Shown: positions 27,725-42,238 of the stretch, piece by piece
How positions within the stretch are numbered: position 1 is the first letter of the stretch
How the letters are laid out: each line of letters opens with the position of its first letter
Assembly (NCBI GenBank): GCA_965649765.1
Contig: OZ287760.1
Coordinates: 2,976,001 to 3,040,000 of the forward strand
DNA: 64,000 nt
Reading direction: 5' to 3'
Source: Bispira polyomma
Taxonomy: Eukaryota
Program-made: the position numbers and the translations under genes
Notes under the pieces: generated by a model
The model's input: only the letters and a program-made list of their open reading frames with translations
Database searches by the model: none
Told to the model about the DNA's origin: nothing

Positions 27725-28331
27725 TGTTATGGTCACGGGAGCAAGCACGGTAGCAATGACCGGTTGCTTTCAAGTTGTAACAGGAAAAAACAAAAAGTTT
27801 CACTTAACAATTTTTTTTAAAATTAAAATAACAATTACAGTCAACTGAGATACTCTTAATAGTTCATACAATAATGAAACCAATCTGACCTGACCACAGT
27901 CCTGTCCACGTAAATAACAATTACACAAGTTTGTCCACTGTATCAAGCAATCTGTCTTGTCTGTCTTGAGATCGGCTTGGTGTCCACTAACACACAATGC
28001 TTGTATCCTGTTATCTGTTCGGTGAACACAAAATGTATATATCCAGAGTTTGCACAACTAAGCTATCCAGTTCAGGATTCAAACAATATCCAATATGCAG
28101 CAAATCCAGAGAATCTAGAGAATGTAAACAACAATTGCTAGAACTTTCCAGAATAAAATGTAAACAGATAAACAAAACTCCAATAACAACTGAAACAAAA
28201 TAGAACCAGCTTCTAGAAGCTTAGGGGTTTCCCCAAATCTATAAACAGATCACTCCAGCAGAGTGTAAGAATCATTAGTACTAACTAGACTGGTTCTGCT
28301 TTAACACGCTACAATGTCCTTATATGTAACA
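27725..28331. mobile_element. Solo LTR (607 bp)
   Basis: Begins TGTTA and ends TAACA (TG..CA, 5-bp inverted ends); exact 5-bp TSD CTATC at 27720-27724 and 28332-28336. Confidence 0.8.
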
Positions 28332-29790
28332 CTATCTTTGAAACCAATCCTATTAACCAATAACTTGCTATCTAATTTCGCAGAAAATAAACAGCTTAGA
28401 TCATTTTTTTAAACTTCCTAATACTGTTATGGTGTAAGTATATATATTGTATTGTTTAAATTTCATAAATGAATAATCATTTGATTTTTGACCAATACTT
28501 ATACCGAACATTTTGTATAAAAGCTATTTATCCCCACATGACACTCTGTATATATAACCCACTGTTGTCCTTTGTGTAAGAATTCACACTTAAATTCAGC
28601 ATTAATGTCAAAATTACCTTCCTTAAGTGAAGGTACCACACATACACATGAATATAGTTTATTATAACCTAAGTCTTTAATACAAGCACGTTTGTCATAA
28701 CATACAATACATTTTATATTTTTTAGGCTTGATTGCCACTTGATTCGACACACAGCATTACTGACTGACAAGAAGACCAATCGATGATTACTGAACTTTA
28801 TTAAAATATACATATGCTTCATTATTTCTTGTTATTTTCTGCCTGCATATTTTCCTGGGTTGTATCAAGGTATAATTTAGTTTGATTTTGACACAGATTC
28901 AGGCCAATTAATTGTTAGTGTGATTTGATCCATCACTGAAACTGCTTTTTGTGATTACAAATGAACCGATTGAGAGAAATGTTAAACTCAAACTAACTAA
29001 CTTAGCTAAGAGTCAGCTAATCCCATGTACACTTATTGGCAATCATTTATGTTGAGTTAGTTCAGTTTCAGCTTAATGTCGCTTTCAGTTAATGGAGGAA
29101 AATCCGAACAGGCTGAGATTTCTGCTTGACCTTCAGTATGTGTACCACCAACAAATATTTCAATCCACAATGAAAAAGGTGGTAGCTTGGTTAAATTAAA
29201 ATGTTACTTGTTGAATAAAATGTTGTTGCAAGCTGTATATATTAGTTTGGGATATAATATGCTTAATCAAATGTTGATGAATAAATAATGCTTATGCGAA
29301 CACTTTTACTTTTATTATGACTTGTGTGACAAAGTTGTATCAAAATCTTTGTTTTGTATGACTATAGTTTTAAATCAATCAATATACTAAAATGTATAAA
29401 CACTAAATGACAATAAACACCAACTTTTCTAACTAAGTATATTGCAGAATAACTAATTTCTGTGGCATACTAAACTTTTATGTAAACATTCAAAATCATT
29501 GCATATTGTATGAAATATTCCATATCAAATCATTTCATATTCTAAGAACTATAATTAGTGGATGACAATTATTTAAAAATGCTTTCTTACTATTCAAATA
29601 GGCATCTCTACTTACTTAATAAGTATACTTTATAATGGAAATCACTGAATGGAAATCACTGAATCTATGAGTTGCGTAACACACAAAACACGTATGTCCA
29701 CAAAGCTTTAAAACATGTTAATATATTCTATTACTGTGAAACTTTCAAGATGCACCAGCAACATTTATCTTCAGTTGTCTTAATTTCTAT

Positions 29791-30046
29791 GGGCCGTGGT
29801 GGCCTAGTGGTTAGCAAGCATTGCGCTTCACAATCACTGGTCTCTCACCTCTGGGCGGTGTGAGTTCGAATCCCGTCAATGCCTATGTGGGAAAGGTGGT
29901 AGTTCCTTACTGTGGGCCGCTGGTTTCAGTGCAGAACCTTAACCGACTGTATGGAGTGTTTCCTCCAGCGTTTCCAACTACCCGTCCCAATATAACCTAC
30001 TAAAAGGTACTAGAGTGGACGTTAAATATCCAAAGTCAAATTCAAA
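29791..30046 (+). mobile_element. tRNA-derived SINE, family B (other copies at ~35115-35310 and 51643-51870)
   Basis: GGCCGTGGTGGCCTAGTGG (A box), GAGTTCGAATCCC (B box), and a tail GACGTTAAA.. followed by short repeats. Confidence 0.75.
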
Positions 30047-30434
30047 GTCTTAATTTCTAAGCCACTATACTATTACTGCATAATACCACGAATGGACTCT
30101 GGAAAAGACCGTTGGGGAGAATTTTTAAATTTTACAGTGTTAATCAGAGGCTTGTATTTAGTACATGTATTGGGAAAGTGAACTGGATATGGAAAGGTTA
30201 ATTATTTTTATATTCAGGACGTCACTGTACCATAATTTCATATTAATTTTTTCAAGATCAGCTACATTTCTTATAAAATCCCCATATTTGAACCAATTAT
30301 AGTCTTTATAAACGCAAAATTTATGTAGGCAATGTTTTCATGTATTGAAAAAAATGGAAATTCATAACCACTGGCCTCTTACTTCAGGTGGGAAAGTTTG
30401 TCAGTTACTTGCCATTGGGAAGTGGTTTACACTA

Positions 30435-32110
30435 AAATGGCGCACTAAATCATCACTTGACAGGAAGCACTACAGAACCCCCACAAACCACTTCAATGCA
30501 CTAAGGACCAGAGCCCAAAAAGAGCACTATGATTCGATCATCAGTGAAAATTCAAACTCACCAAAAAGGTTATGGAGCTCCATAAATAAAATACTCTACC
30601 ACACAGCTGAAAAAGTTTTGCCTAAAAATCATTGCCTCACATTTCTTGCAGAAAAGTTTTCATTAAAAAAAATAACTAGAACTCGAGAAGGTTTTTCAAC
30701 AGTGCTACATTTCTCTCCACCATCCCTTGGCTGTAAAGTATTAAATCTGCAACATTTTAATCCACTTTCCGAGAACGATGTTCTCAAACTCATAAAATTC
30801 AACTCCATCAAATCCTGTGAACTAGATTCTATGCCTGCCGCTGTTCTCACAGAATGTCTAGACATTTTATTAACTCCTATCACCATCATCATAAATTTTT
30901 CGCTTAGAGATGGTATATTTCTCTCTTCTTTCAAAACTGCATATGTCGCCCCCTTGCTTAAAAAACCAGGTCTTGACAAAAAAGGGCTAATAAACTATAG
31001 ACTAGTCTCTAACCTCAGCTTTGTATCTAAACTTATTGAGAAAGCTGTTGCTGAAGAAATTCATAACCACCTTAATAAACAAAATCTAGCTAACTGTTAC
31101 CAATCTGCCTACAGAAAATTTCACTCCACGGATCATGATGAAACTGTAGCCCTCACCCTTCTCGATCTCTCTGCAGCTTTTGATACCATCGACCATGCCT
31201 TACTCTTTGACACCCTAAAATAGTAGTTTGGTCTTAATGGTACTGTCCTTGATTGGATCAAATCGTACCTTGCTCTTAGAACCCAATAAATCAATTTGGG
31301 CGACCACTTTTCATCCTCTTTTAACCTACCATTTGGAGTTCCCCAGGTGTCGGTTCTTGGCCCTTTACTGTTTACCCTCTACACCCATCCTCTCAGTGCA
31401 GTCATCAATAATCATAATGGTAAACATCACATGTATGCTGATGAAACTCAAATCTATCTCTCCCTTATCACTCAGAATGCCGGATACAACCTGGATTTAC
31501 TTGCCAACTGTCTCTCTTCAGTTCAGGCGTGGATGAACTACGCCAAACTGAAACTAAACCCTGCAAAAACTGAATTCATCCTGATTGGAAATAAGAAACA
31601 CAGTGAATACTTAAAATCACTTTTCCCAATTACACTGTTGGGCAATGAGATTTAACCTTCAGATCAGGTCAAAAACCTAGGTGTCACTATCGACCCTGCT
31701 TTTTCATTTCTTCCTCACATTAACAGCATCCGCCGCTCCTGTTAGTATCACATTCGGGACCTCAAAAGAATCAGAAATTATCTGTCACTAGATACTGCTA
31801 TCACTGTGGCCAATGCCTTATGGATCTAGAGCCTTATCGGTCGCCACTCCTATGTTATGGAACATTCTTCCAGTTGAACTTAGATTGCTCGATACACTTT
31901 CTGGTTTTAGGAAAAGGCTTAAAACCTATCTCTTCAGGCTTGCCTATGCACCATGGTCCTCTTCCTGGGTGTTGACATATCCATCCTTACGACCTGGCTA
32001 TGTTTTTTTATTTTTCTATTGGCTGATTGATTCTGATGTTGCACCTTAGAAGATGTCTAGCATCAATAAGGCGCGTTAAAAATGTATAATACAATATAAT
32101 ACAATAATAA
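30435..32110 (+). mobile_element. L2-clade LINE fragment (RT), internally deleted
   Basis: [51 protein letters not shown] and KTYLF; same 3' tail as the 17.7-kb copy. Confidence 0.92.
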
Positions 32111-32889
32111 CATTACAAAGCATTACACAACTATCGTATTACAACATCACATAACTGGTTAATCTAACCCCAATCTAAACCTAAAATACATACAGTTACA
32201 ATTGTAATTAAATATTGATACAACTTACCAGTGAGCCCCATGCTCTGTCCCTGTTTGGTCAGCACCCGGGTCTTCCTGGCCTTTCCTCCCTGTACACCCC
32301 CACATCCTTCTGTTTTAGTGAGTGACTTCTCTATTGGTTTACTGATCCCATTGTTGCACTTTAGAAGAAGCGTCACCTCTATAAGAGACGTTTAAAATCC
32401 AAAATATATTACAATTTAAGCTTTGCGTATACAGCGTGAACTTTCTTTGTTGTAGCTTTGTATGTAGGCTACAATAGCCTCTGATGTCATCAAGCACCTT
32501 TTACGTCGTCCATTATATTGTCATGCATAACACCAAAACTGACGCTGTTGACGCTGTTCCATCAATCTCCCTGTTACTCTTCCATATTTAAACTTAAGTA
32601 TTTCAGTTATTTCTGATTTTAATGTAACAAAAAAACAACACAGTAACCACAATAAAATAAGCTTTCACAATATATTTTCATGACATTTTTATTTCCAAAC
32701 TGGTGTTTAATGCAGATTTTAACTGATCTCTGGTGTTGAAATAATGCACTCAGCCCTTCGTGCTTCGTGCATAAAAGCAACCCCATCGATCGCTTAAAAT
32801 CTGCCTAAAAAACTTGTTTGTATATATAATTCTTATAGTAAATTCAAGGATCAAATGTGTTTGTCAGTTAACGTGCAATTTGATTTTGA

Positions 32890-33240
32890 GATTGCCTTAT
32901 TGAGGTGCGGCGTCCAAGTCTAAAAACATAGCAAGGTTGTAAGGAAGGATGTGGGTATATACAGGGAGAGAACTAAAATCAGAGAAGGGGAATGGGATAG
33001 TTGTGAGTTTAAAGCGATAGGTTTATTCCTAAAACTAGAAGGTCTTTCAAGTGATACAAGCTTATAAGGGAGACTGCTCCACAAGACAGGGGCGGCAGCA
33101 AAGGAGAAAGCTCTAGACATCTAGCCCCTCTTGGTGGGTTTGACAGAGGAAAACAGAAACTATCTTTCCCCTTTTTAGGGCACAGAAGGCAAGGCAAGCA
33201 GCAAAGGTATGAGGGCTGCTGACAGAAACCAGGTTTCATA
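32890..33240 (-). mobile_element. L2 3' fragment
   Basis: QPSYL..; RAFSFAAAPVLWSSLP..SSFRNK; L2-like tail. Confidence 0.7.
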
Positions 33241-34699
33241 ATACAGACATAGGAAAATTCGACACTATTTTAAACTTACAACTATGAAATGATTTACTCC
33301 AGTTGAAGTTTGCACCCTTTCGCGACTGGGAAACGTTACCGCCAGGAACTGACAAAAATGTTATGGCAATAGGCTTCAGATAGCTAAAGCCATTCAAACA
33401 CCCACCACACACCCTGTTTTTTTTACAGGGGGAAGTCCGCTGTACTAAGAATTTTTACTGGGACTAGGTGAAGGTAGATATAACAAATATTATATAACGT
33501 CACCTGCTTGTGGACAACACAGGGTTCAAAAGGGTTATTAAAAGATAATAATTTTGTGTACAAATTAATACAAATAACCAACAAAGAAAAATTAGACACA
33601 CAATTAAAGAGCTGGAGGGACACAATTGTGACCACCTGTGTATCGCGATCACAGTTTATAAAAAAATTGTGACATGGTGGGGACTTCCAATTCACTGTTT
33701 GTACGTTTTGTAGTTGCATTAGAAAATAATTAAATCTAATGCTAGTTTGACTAATTTTAGGGCTACTTATATATATTTATATAAATGTGTGTGTCATGAC
33801 AGAAAGTCCAATCTGACAAGATTTGATATTCTGTCAACACAAACTTTGATCAGTCACAAACATATCCGTGAACTAGGTGAAGGCGTTAGCAAATAGCTCA
33901 TGTAAATGTCTTTATTTTTTAAAATATAAATGAAAAATCCAAAAAGTTGACCATTTACCTCAAATATAATAAGCCTGAATGTTTGATGGAAAAAATTGAC
34001 ACTGCTGATATCATCTTGAACTAGTTGGTCGATCTCGTTCTTCCATGTTTGACTGCTGATGACCTCACTACAAAGACACAAGATCTATCTCTCCATCGAA
34101 AATTTGACCCCACAAATTTTGAATTTTTTTTTCTTTTTGCCACTTACTTAAATATATATGTTGTCCCTCTGAAATATACAAGAAGTATTTATATATTTAT
34201 ATAGATATAGATATATGTGGACATTATGGATCAGTTTTTAGTATGTCTGACAGCCAGATTTACTGTCTGTAGCTATTGTGGTAGTCTTATGACATTATCA
34301 GAGTTTGAAAAGTGACCTTAAACTCTGACTAACTCACCACATAATGTGAGTTAAATTCTGGAATTAGCCAAAATGCTGTGGCCCAACCGATTGATGGGTG
34401 ACATGGCCTAGGGCTTTACCACTTGTATCAGGTATTAAATGTGACTGACTATTATTATTACTTTTTTAACAGTCTATCATGAACGCCAGAATCAATGGTG
34501 GAGTAAAGCTGAAGCCACAGCTGAACCCACACCGTGCGTGAAACAGCGACTTACCCAAAACATTTCTCACACAAGAAGCAAACAAATGCGATTCAAAACA
34601 AGATTCATGAGACTGGCCAGTAATTGAGAAGCAGGCGCATTTCAGACCAAAAGGCAGGAGGCTCAGTCGTGAATCTAATCTAATCAAACTTTTTCTGCT

Positions 34700-35060
34700 C
34701 ATAACATCCTTTTCTTTAAAGTGGTCGTATCCCAGGAGATGCCGTATTAAATAAATATGTAACTAGGGCGGGGTAAGCCCTTGGCAAATAAGTGTTTGTC
34801 TTTAGTTTGTTTCTAAAGGATGACAAGGGTAGGAGCAGCTCGATTTTCCTGCGGCAGACTGTTCCACAGCTTTGGTGCATTGTAGGGGAAACTGTGATCG
34901 ACATGAGTTTGGATTTGTGATCTAAAGGTGAGTAGACTGAAACCCAAAGGAAAACCTTATCAGGATTACTGCATCTTGCCTGGCCTTGTCGTGTGTATTG
35001 AGACCTGTGTGTACAAATGTATAGACTAATGTGGCAGTCTTCAAGATAACCCGATATCTA
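34700..35060 (-). mobile_element. L2/CR1 3' fragment
   Basis: Remnants of RVILKTATL..K, APKLWNSLP and SSFRNKLKT. Confidence 0.65.
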
Positions 35061-35974
35061 ATAAACAACGAAGAGAAGACATAAGAGAACAGACAAAGTA
35101 GTTAACACACCCTCCTCTAACCTCTGAAGTTGTGGGTTCGAAGCTTCATGTGAGAAAGATGGCGGTTTACTTGCCAGATTGTTGACAGTGCAGAATACTT
35201 GACTGACCAATGTACTACGCACTGCTTCCCCCACACAACTAGTAAAAACTGCCTGCTGTGATATGACCCTAAAAATGTTTTGAAAGGGACGTTAAACCCA
35301 GAATCAATCAATGAAACCACAGGGCCACTGCGGCCCCGTCTCTGTCTCTGAGACAATACATTTCAATCCGTCATTTGACAGTATTCAGTCCAATGCAATA
35401 GTGAAGTACAGGTAGAGAGCATTTTGACTGTATACAAAATTAGGAACAGGAAAATAATTATGTTGAAGGAGTTGAACTTGATAAAACTGTAACATGGGCC
35501 TCAGTCAACTAGTACTCATGCACTCGCCATCCCTGCCTTGCAACTTGTGGGTGGAATCTCGGCTCAGATGTGTATGTGGGTAGACAGACGTTAGCCTCCC
35601 CACCCACCCTGATAAACATTTTACATATTTGTAATTTTTGTTTGATTAGTTTTTATATATTTATGTATATATTTAAGTAAACAAATCCCTCTTTTTGCCT
35701 TTCCTACTCTTAACTTCACACCCTGCACTTCAAAGCATCAATCACAAGTACCTTGTTTTTGTTGTATTTTCACACTGATAACATCACATTGAGGCAGCTT
35801 AATGATCAGTGTATTGTATTGTATGAATATACGTATATATATATATATTTACATGTAGTTCTATTTTATGTATATTCATTTCATGTTTTTATGTTTCTTA
35901 ATATGATACTGAAAATTAAATACATTTTATAAAATTAGTCCAAGATATTGACTTCTTACCAACTTTTATAGTAG

Positions 35975-36160
35975 GGGGACTTTTGTCCTATGGAATGGGG
36001 GAGGCTTTGGTCGGTGGGGTGGTAGGTTGGCTTTTGCCACTCTGTCACAAAACAGGGGGCCTTTGTCAGGTTTTGTTTTGTCAGTGGGGCTTTGTCAGAG
36101 GGTTTTTTGTCAGTGGGGCTTTTGTCAGGGGTGGGATTTTGTCAGGGTTTCTTTCAGGGT
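35975..36160 (+). repeat. Array of GGGGCTTTTGTC(AG) motifs
   Basis: About 9 degenerate copies at 14-20 bp spacing. Confidence 0.7.
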
Positions 36161-37045
36161 GGGGGCCGCAAAACGGCCCTAGCACATAAGGTGGTAAATA
36201 GCTGTAGTGGCTATCCACACACACCCACACACACCTCCTCATACATTTCCAGTTTTGTTAACCTTCATCTAACACTCATTCGTGACCTATTTCTCAGACA
36301 GAAAACAAAAAGACACACGGACACATCCATTAATCGTGAGAGTATTTCATTACATACCATTCAAATGCAAATTCTGACTGCAAAATGTTTGTGACCATGT
36401 TTTACTTTTTAGAATGGATATTTCAACTCTATGGCACTCGTGTTTCTTCGAAATGTTCCCTGCGATTTGATCCAAAAAGGTTTCTTTTTATAGAATGTCT
36501 ATAAAATGAGCCGCAGGCAGGGGAGTGAAATAACATAATAACGCTTTAATAGAGAATGATTATAACCGCATGGTACAATTGTGTGGTTTGTCTCTCAGCA
36601 GACAGCAGAGCAAAAGAAATGCCAATTCCAAAGAAAAAGTGGTGTCTCTTTTCGTGAGAACTTGCTTTGTATCTGTTTCTCCGTAAAGAGATTTACCCCA
36701 TTTCTTCGTAAAGAAAAAAAAAATGGTGAGGTGGCTTAATCTTGGCAAGTGTCTATGTTTGCTCAATCTACTGTAGAAGGCTAATTCTGTGTGTGTGTGT
36801 GTGTGTGTGTGTGTAGTTATGAATGGTTGTGTGTGAATGTGTGTGTGTCTTGTGTGTGTGTATATGTCTGTTGTGTGTGTCTAGTGTATGTCCCTGTGTG
36901 TGTGTCTATGGTTGTGTACAGGGGAGGGGGGCAATAGGCAAGTGTGTGGTTTGAGCGAACACAATACAACAACACAACAGGAACAAGAGTTTGTCTTCTT
37001 TATTTCTTTAAAACCACAGGCGCAAAACACAAAGTGTGAAATACA

Positions 37046-37298
37046 CTTGGTCTAGTGGTTAGGGTGTTGGTCTTACGATCAGAAGGTACCCGGTTCTATC
37101 CCCGGTACAGACCCCCAGATTCATTTGGTGTGAGATATAACAACATCTTTGGGGGCAAAGATGTGAACACAAGTTTGACCTAGTGGCACGGATAACACAC
37201 CACTCAAAATGGCGGTCGGCCCCCTGTCACTGAGTACACTATCTCCAGTGGGCGGGCTAAAGCTCCTTGGGGGGCACGTTGATAAACAGACATCCTCA
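37046..37298 (+). mobile_element. tRNA-derived SINE, family A
   Basis: TGGTCTAGTGGTTAGGG..GGTTCTATCCCCGG head; body similar to 2160-2425 (-). Confidence 0.75.
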
Positions 37299-37302
37299 TA
37301 AA

Positions 37303-38412
37303 TGACCTGGTCACACCTACACGTGCTAACGTCCTACAACATAGCAAATCAATATAAACTGAAAACGTAGTGCTTTTTGTCAAAGTGACATCTGCCTTTT
37401 GCTACTTATGGCCTGGTCACACCTACACATGCTAACGTCCCCCAACGTACCTAAGCAATATACACTGAAAACGTGGTAGTATTGTATCAAAGTGAAGTCA
37501 TTTCCATAAAGGGGTAGTCGATTGTGAAGTTTTGTGACGTTTCGGGACGATGTTGGTACTTGTACACACGAAGAGGGGGCAAAAAACAGACCCTTTACTT
37601 GTAGGATATCACTACCTACTACTACATAGAAGTAATGTACTGCTACTTACGGCTGCGTTCTGCTGCCTTCTGCTACTTAATGAAACTTTCTTGACCAATG
37701 GAGACAATCTCACTACTTACTGGGACTTCCTCTCCCCCTACTACTACATATATCTACTTACTGATACGTCTATGCTACTTTTGGAAACGTTCAGGGACGA
37801 ACAGAGAAACGGGGAGAAAAAGGAGTTGTTTCTGTAGCGTTTCAAACAGTTTGAAGCACTACAGTAAAAAGATGAAACGGAGACATTTTGGGAACGATTT
37901 TATCCGTCGCAAAACGTTGCAAAACGAAAAGAAACAATCACAGAAGGGATCCTCACTTCCTACTACGTTTCAAACTGTTTCCTAAATTCACACAACGTGA
38001 CACAAACATAGCTCTAGAACGTGTAGGTGTGACCAGGAGATTAGTGAAACTTTCTTGACTAACGGAGACGAGTGGAGACGATCTCACTACTTACTGGGAC
38101 TTCCTCGATACCTACTACTACGTAGAGCTACTTACTGGTACGTCTATGCTACTTTCGGAAACGTTCGGGGAAGAACAGAGAAACGGAGAGAAACGGAGAG
38201 AAACGGGAGCTGTGACACGATTGTTTCAAACAGTTTGAAACAATCGTCGCAGCAGACAAAACGGAGACGTTTCCGAAACAATAACATGCGTTAATCAACA
38301 TCACAAAACGAACGCACCGGGGATTTTCACATTTTACTAGTTTCAAAACGTTTTCAAAATTACCACAACGTGACACAAACATAGTTGTAGAACGTGTAGG
38401 TGTGACCAGGAC
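37303..38412. mobile_element. Non-autonomous TIR element (possibly PIF/Harbinger-like MITE) with both ends duplicated
   Basis: CCTGGTCACACCTACAC(G/A)T at 37306 and 37412; its reverse complement at 38019-38037 and 38392-38410. Confidence 0.75.
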
Positions 38413-39857
38413 ATAAGCAAGCCCCAGGGTCCATAGTGGCTGGCCTCCCATGATATGGCCACTATATAATGTAGAAAAATTCAATTGTATATCCCAGGAG
38501 TTAAATTGCAGTAGAGAAATTACATATGTGTAATCTCTCCCATTACCTTTTTAATATGCTAGTACATAACTACATACCTACAAGTATGTGGATAACTACA
38601 AGTATGTGGATAAAATATAATGCTGAATATAATATACTATAGTCAAGGCCTGGTATTAAACCTACAGGATGTGTATCAACCACATACCAGATTATTTCCA
38701 ACAGTGGGGATTAATGGAGTTGTTATCATGCTTCTATATTCACTAATGACCGCCTTCCACTTTTATGTTAGTCTTAGCCATTTTCTTTGCTTAGCCGGCA
38801 CGTATCTTGTACTTTTAAAATGCCAAGTAACTCCAAGAAATTTATGCCTTATTATTAACCCTGTGTGTCATCTGATATTTGTATGATCCAAAATAGTGGT
38901 TTGTTTATATATTTTACTAACCACTGACAACAACAAATAATAAAGTTCTTATTTTTAGCATCTTTTATGTAATTCCCTAAGAAAAGAGGAGTAATGAACA
39001 TAAAGTTCATTTTTTCAATACAGTCTATAATCTGGAAACTCGAGTTTATGTTAAGAATTTTTTTTTAAATAAATATTTTAACTGGACCGTAAAAATTGGG
39101 AGGCCTAATGAGATTTTCTCAGAAATAAGTCTTATTTCTTCACAATAAGTCTTTTTGAATTATTAGGGGTGCTGTTGGGGGGGTGGCTGTCAGACGTTTT
39201 CGTGGAAAAGCGCACAAGTCACTTGAAATTATGTATATATAGGGCTTAAGTTACACAGGCAAGAAAAGAAATGAACTTGCTGTCTGAATATATGTCTAGA
39301 TTAGTTGAATCAATTCAGAAGGGCATTTCAGAATTAAATTTTTTTTTCAAATTAGGGTCAAACTTATTTGTGTGGAAGACGCATGAATCATTTGTCATTG
39401 TCTGAATGAGACGTTCATTGGGCAGTGTTTGAAAATATAAGCCAGAGAAATATTCGCATTCATCAAAGCATTTGATGCCTAGAAACACTCCTGTAGGATC
39501 GGCTGTGCCTTCATTAGGTCATCTAGTTGATTCCTTGCTGATTCGGTTTCAGATTACAAAAGTTAAAGTCCAAAAAACACACAGATTAAAACAAAATGTA
39601 TATATTTAAAAATGGCGTCCTACCTTGTTGACTTTTAACTTAATACTGTACCCCTTAGGCTACTTGGCGGGAATTCTTCCCTTAATTGGCTTAATTGGCA
39701 CAAATCATTTCTGAGGTCACCAAGACAAGAATAGTTTTAGTAAAAGGTCTTACTAGCAGTGACCCTGCTAGCCCCTTCGGGCTACCTTACACACACATAC
39801 CATATTCGCCACAATAAAGGCCTTGGGCCCCGTTTAATCGCAACAAAAAAGCCACAA

Positions 39858-40285
39858 AAGGGCTATATTCACTAACAGACTTAGCCAGGTTTTTAGGTTT
39901 AAAGTCAAGACTTTTGTCTTAACTTTTAGGAAAAAATGACAAAGACTTACCGTAACCTACGATGAGTCTAAGTCCAATAAAAGAAAATAATTTCTGATTC
40001 AATGATTTTTTTGTTTTACTCTGGGAAGTTCATATTGGCCTAAATAATTATATAGTATATTAGTGTGTTTTAAAATGTACATAATATATTTTGTATTATT
40101 GTAAAAATAATTGTAGAACAACAGCAAATTAATACTTTTGTCTAGACACAGTTTCGGCTAAGCATTCTTTCATGAATACCATCTAAACCTAAAACTTAGC
40201 TGAGACAAAAGTCTAGGATTTAGGCTTGGACTTAGCTTAAAGTGTTGGTTCTAAGTCCAACACATTTCATGAATACGAGCCCTGG
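39858..40285. mobile_element. MITE related to 23557-23930
   Basis: GGGCTATATTCACTAA ... TTCATGAATACGAGCCC inverted ends. Confidence 0.6.
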
Positions 40286-41120
40286 AGCCCGTGCATTCGC
40301 AAAATAAATCCAGCTCTTTATCAGTCTTAACTGTGTCTTATGCCGTGGTCATATATCTTTATTGATACTTTTAGTAGATTACAAAAATACAAACTTATGT
40401 TTACATGAAGTTAACAGTTTCCACTAATCAACACATCTACAGTTGAAGGAGAAAAAAAGAAGAAAACCAATTAATTGATAAAAAAAAATTATATATGCCT
40501 TTTTAGTTCATTAAATTTTCGGGGGCAGTGTTAAGGCATTGCCCTTGTCAGTCCTCCACGACCTTAAATCTATGGGGGTACCAGTCTGTTGGTAAGACAG
40601 GTAAAAATTTAAGTCAATAAATTAACAAACCCCATGTTGTTAAGAGAGAATTTAGGCTGTGTAATCTGATTGGTCGAAACATAAGGGACAGTTACTTACT
40701 AGTAAATAAGTTCAATTTGAATTTAGCCACAGACAAGAGTGGCAGGAATTTTCTAATTTTTACTTCTGTGATTTTGTTACTGTTTAATTTTACATCATTT
40801 TACAAAAAGTCATTTATGTTTTATATGAAGGATCTACGAGGACTATTTTAGTTTTTTAGTGTTTTATGAAACGTTCTGGAAGTGATTCTTCAGTGGCTGT
40901 GTCCTGACAGTTTTCTCCTCTCTGACAACTTCAGGCTTGATTAGCCCTCGGCCTGGGTATTAAGGGACGAAAATTATTTCTAACCTTGTCATTCATAGTA
41001 TTTAAAGCCGAGAAATAATCAAGTTGTGGAGTGGTCAGACGGGAGTGCTGTGGGCTGTTCGATTCTCGTTTCAGTGACACTTATGCAAACTGTAATTTAA
41101 AAACTTTAATAGACTTAAAA

Positions 41121-42238
41121 ATGCCACAATCGAAGGCACTGTGTAAAAAGTGTGGCAACAGACATACACCCCCAACAGTAAAAAAGTGTATTCGTGAAAA
41201 ACATATAGATACGGATATAGAACTTGAATCAGAAGGAGCTCGTGTAGTGTAGGACACTGTTGCTAAAAAACACGGGCGGAACACGCAAGATGGGAGGCAG
41301 TCGGCAGTGGAAACGGGCAAAGACCAGAACATCCAAAAGCTGATTCTACAACAACTCCAGAAGGTGACCTCACGTCTTGACGCTGTAGAAGATCAAGTGG
41401 CTGGATCTAGGACCAGACGCACGAAGGACAGTAGGAGTGGAAAGTTAAGTACAACTGTGTTAAGTCAAAAATATAAAAACAGTACTAGTGAAAATACTTC
41501 AGAGTCAGATTCCTCGGATGAGGAGCAAGTTTTGCCAAATTTATCCACTTTGAGAAGTTCTGCTTCATTTCAGCGTGGGGTCGATAATAGGCTAAGAGAA
41601 TTGGAAAAAGAAAGTCAAAATGCAGGTACTGATTCGTCAAGTAAAATAAAATCCAAAAGGGGGGCAGTTAATGTAATTGTAAAAAATAAAGTAGCTTGGC
41701 CCCAAGAGGCAATTTTAGGGGGGTTACAAGAAACAGGTTATCTTACGACCAGCTGTCCTTAACTCAATGGGTTCAGGGGTTTTGTAGAAATGTGTTAGAA
41801 GAGTCAGACAGTGAAAAAAAAGACAAAATGATAATGTACATATCGGATGTCATGGAGGACGCTACCGATTTTACATGGCAGGGCGCGAAACCAGCTCATG
41901 CTGTCCTGCTATGTGAAATGGAGCGAGGCACCCTCACATGGGATGACAGTACACGGATCGACAGGATCCGCAGGGCGCATGCCCAAAAGCATACAAACAA
42001 TAGCTTTGGCAGTGGGAAAAATTGGGAGAAAAAAACAAGATAACAACAACAAAAAGCATTGGTTTTGAAAATTCTTTCAAACGGGTACATGTCAGCATGT
42101 AAAAGACCACGAAATTGGTGGGAAGTTGCATAGACATATTTGCGCTCACTGTCTGGCCACAGGTAGGGTGTTGTCTCATCCAGAGAACGATTGTCTCTTT
42201 GCTAAGAAGTTGGGGCTCAACAGACCAAAAACGAGTGA
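41121..42238 (+). pseudogene. YR-B gag-like ORF (stops and frameshifts)
   Basis: CKKCGNRHTPPTVKKC, LILQQLQKV, KSKRG..VAWPQ, MEDATDFTWQGAK, RIRRAHAQK and a C-terminal Cys/His finger. Confidence 0.85.

Noticed and set aside
29791-29880. tRNA gene
   Set aside because: A and B boxes are present but there is no clean cloverleaf, and the sequence continues into a repeated SINE body.
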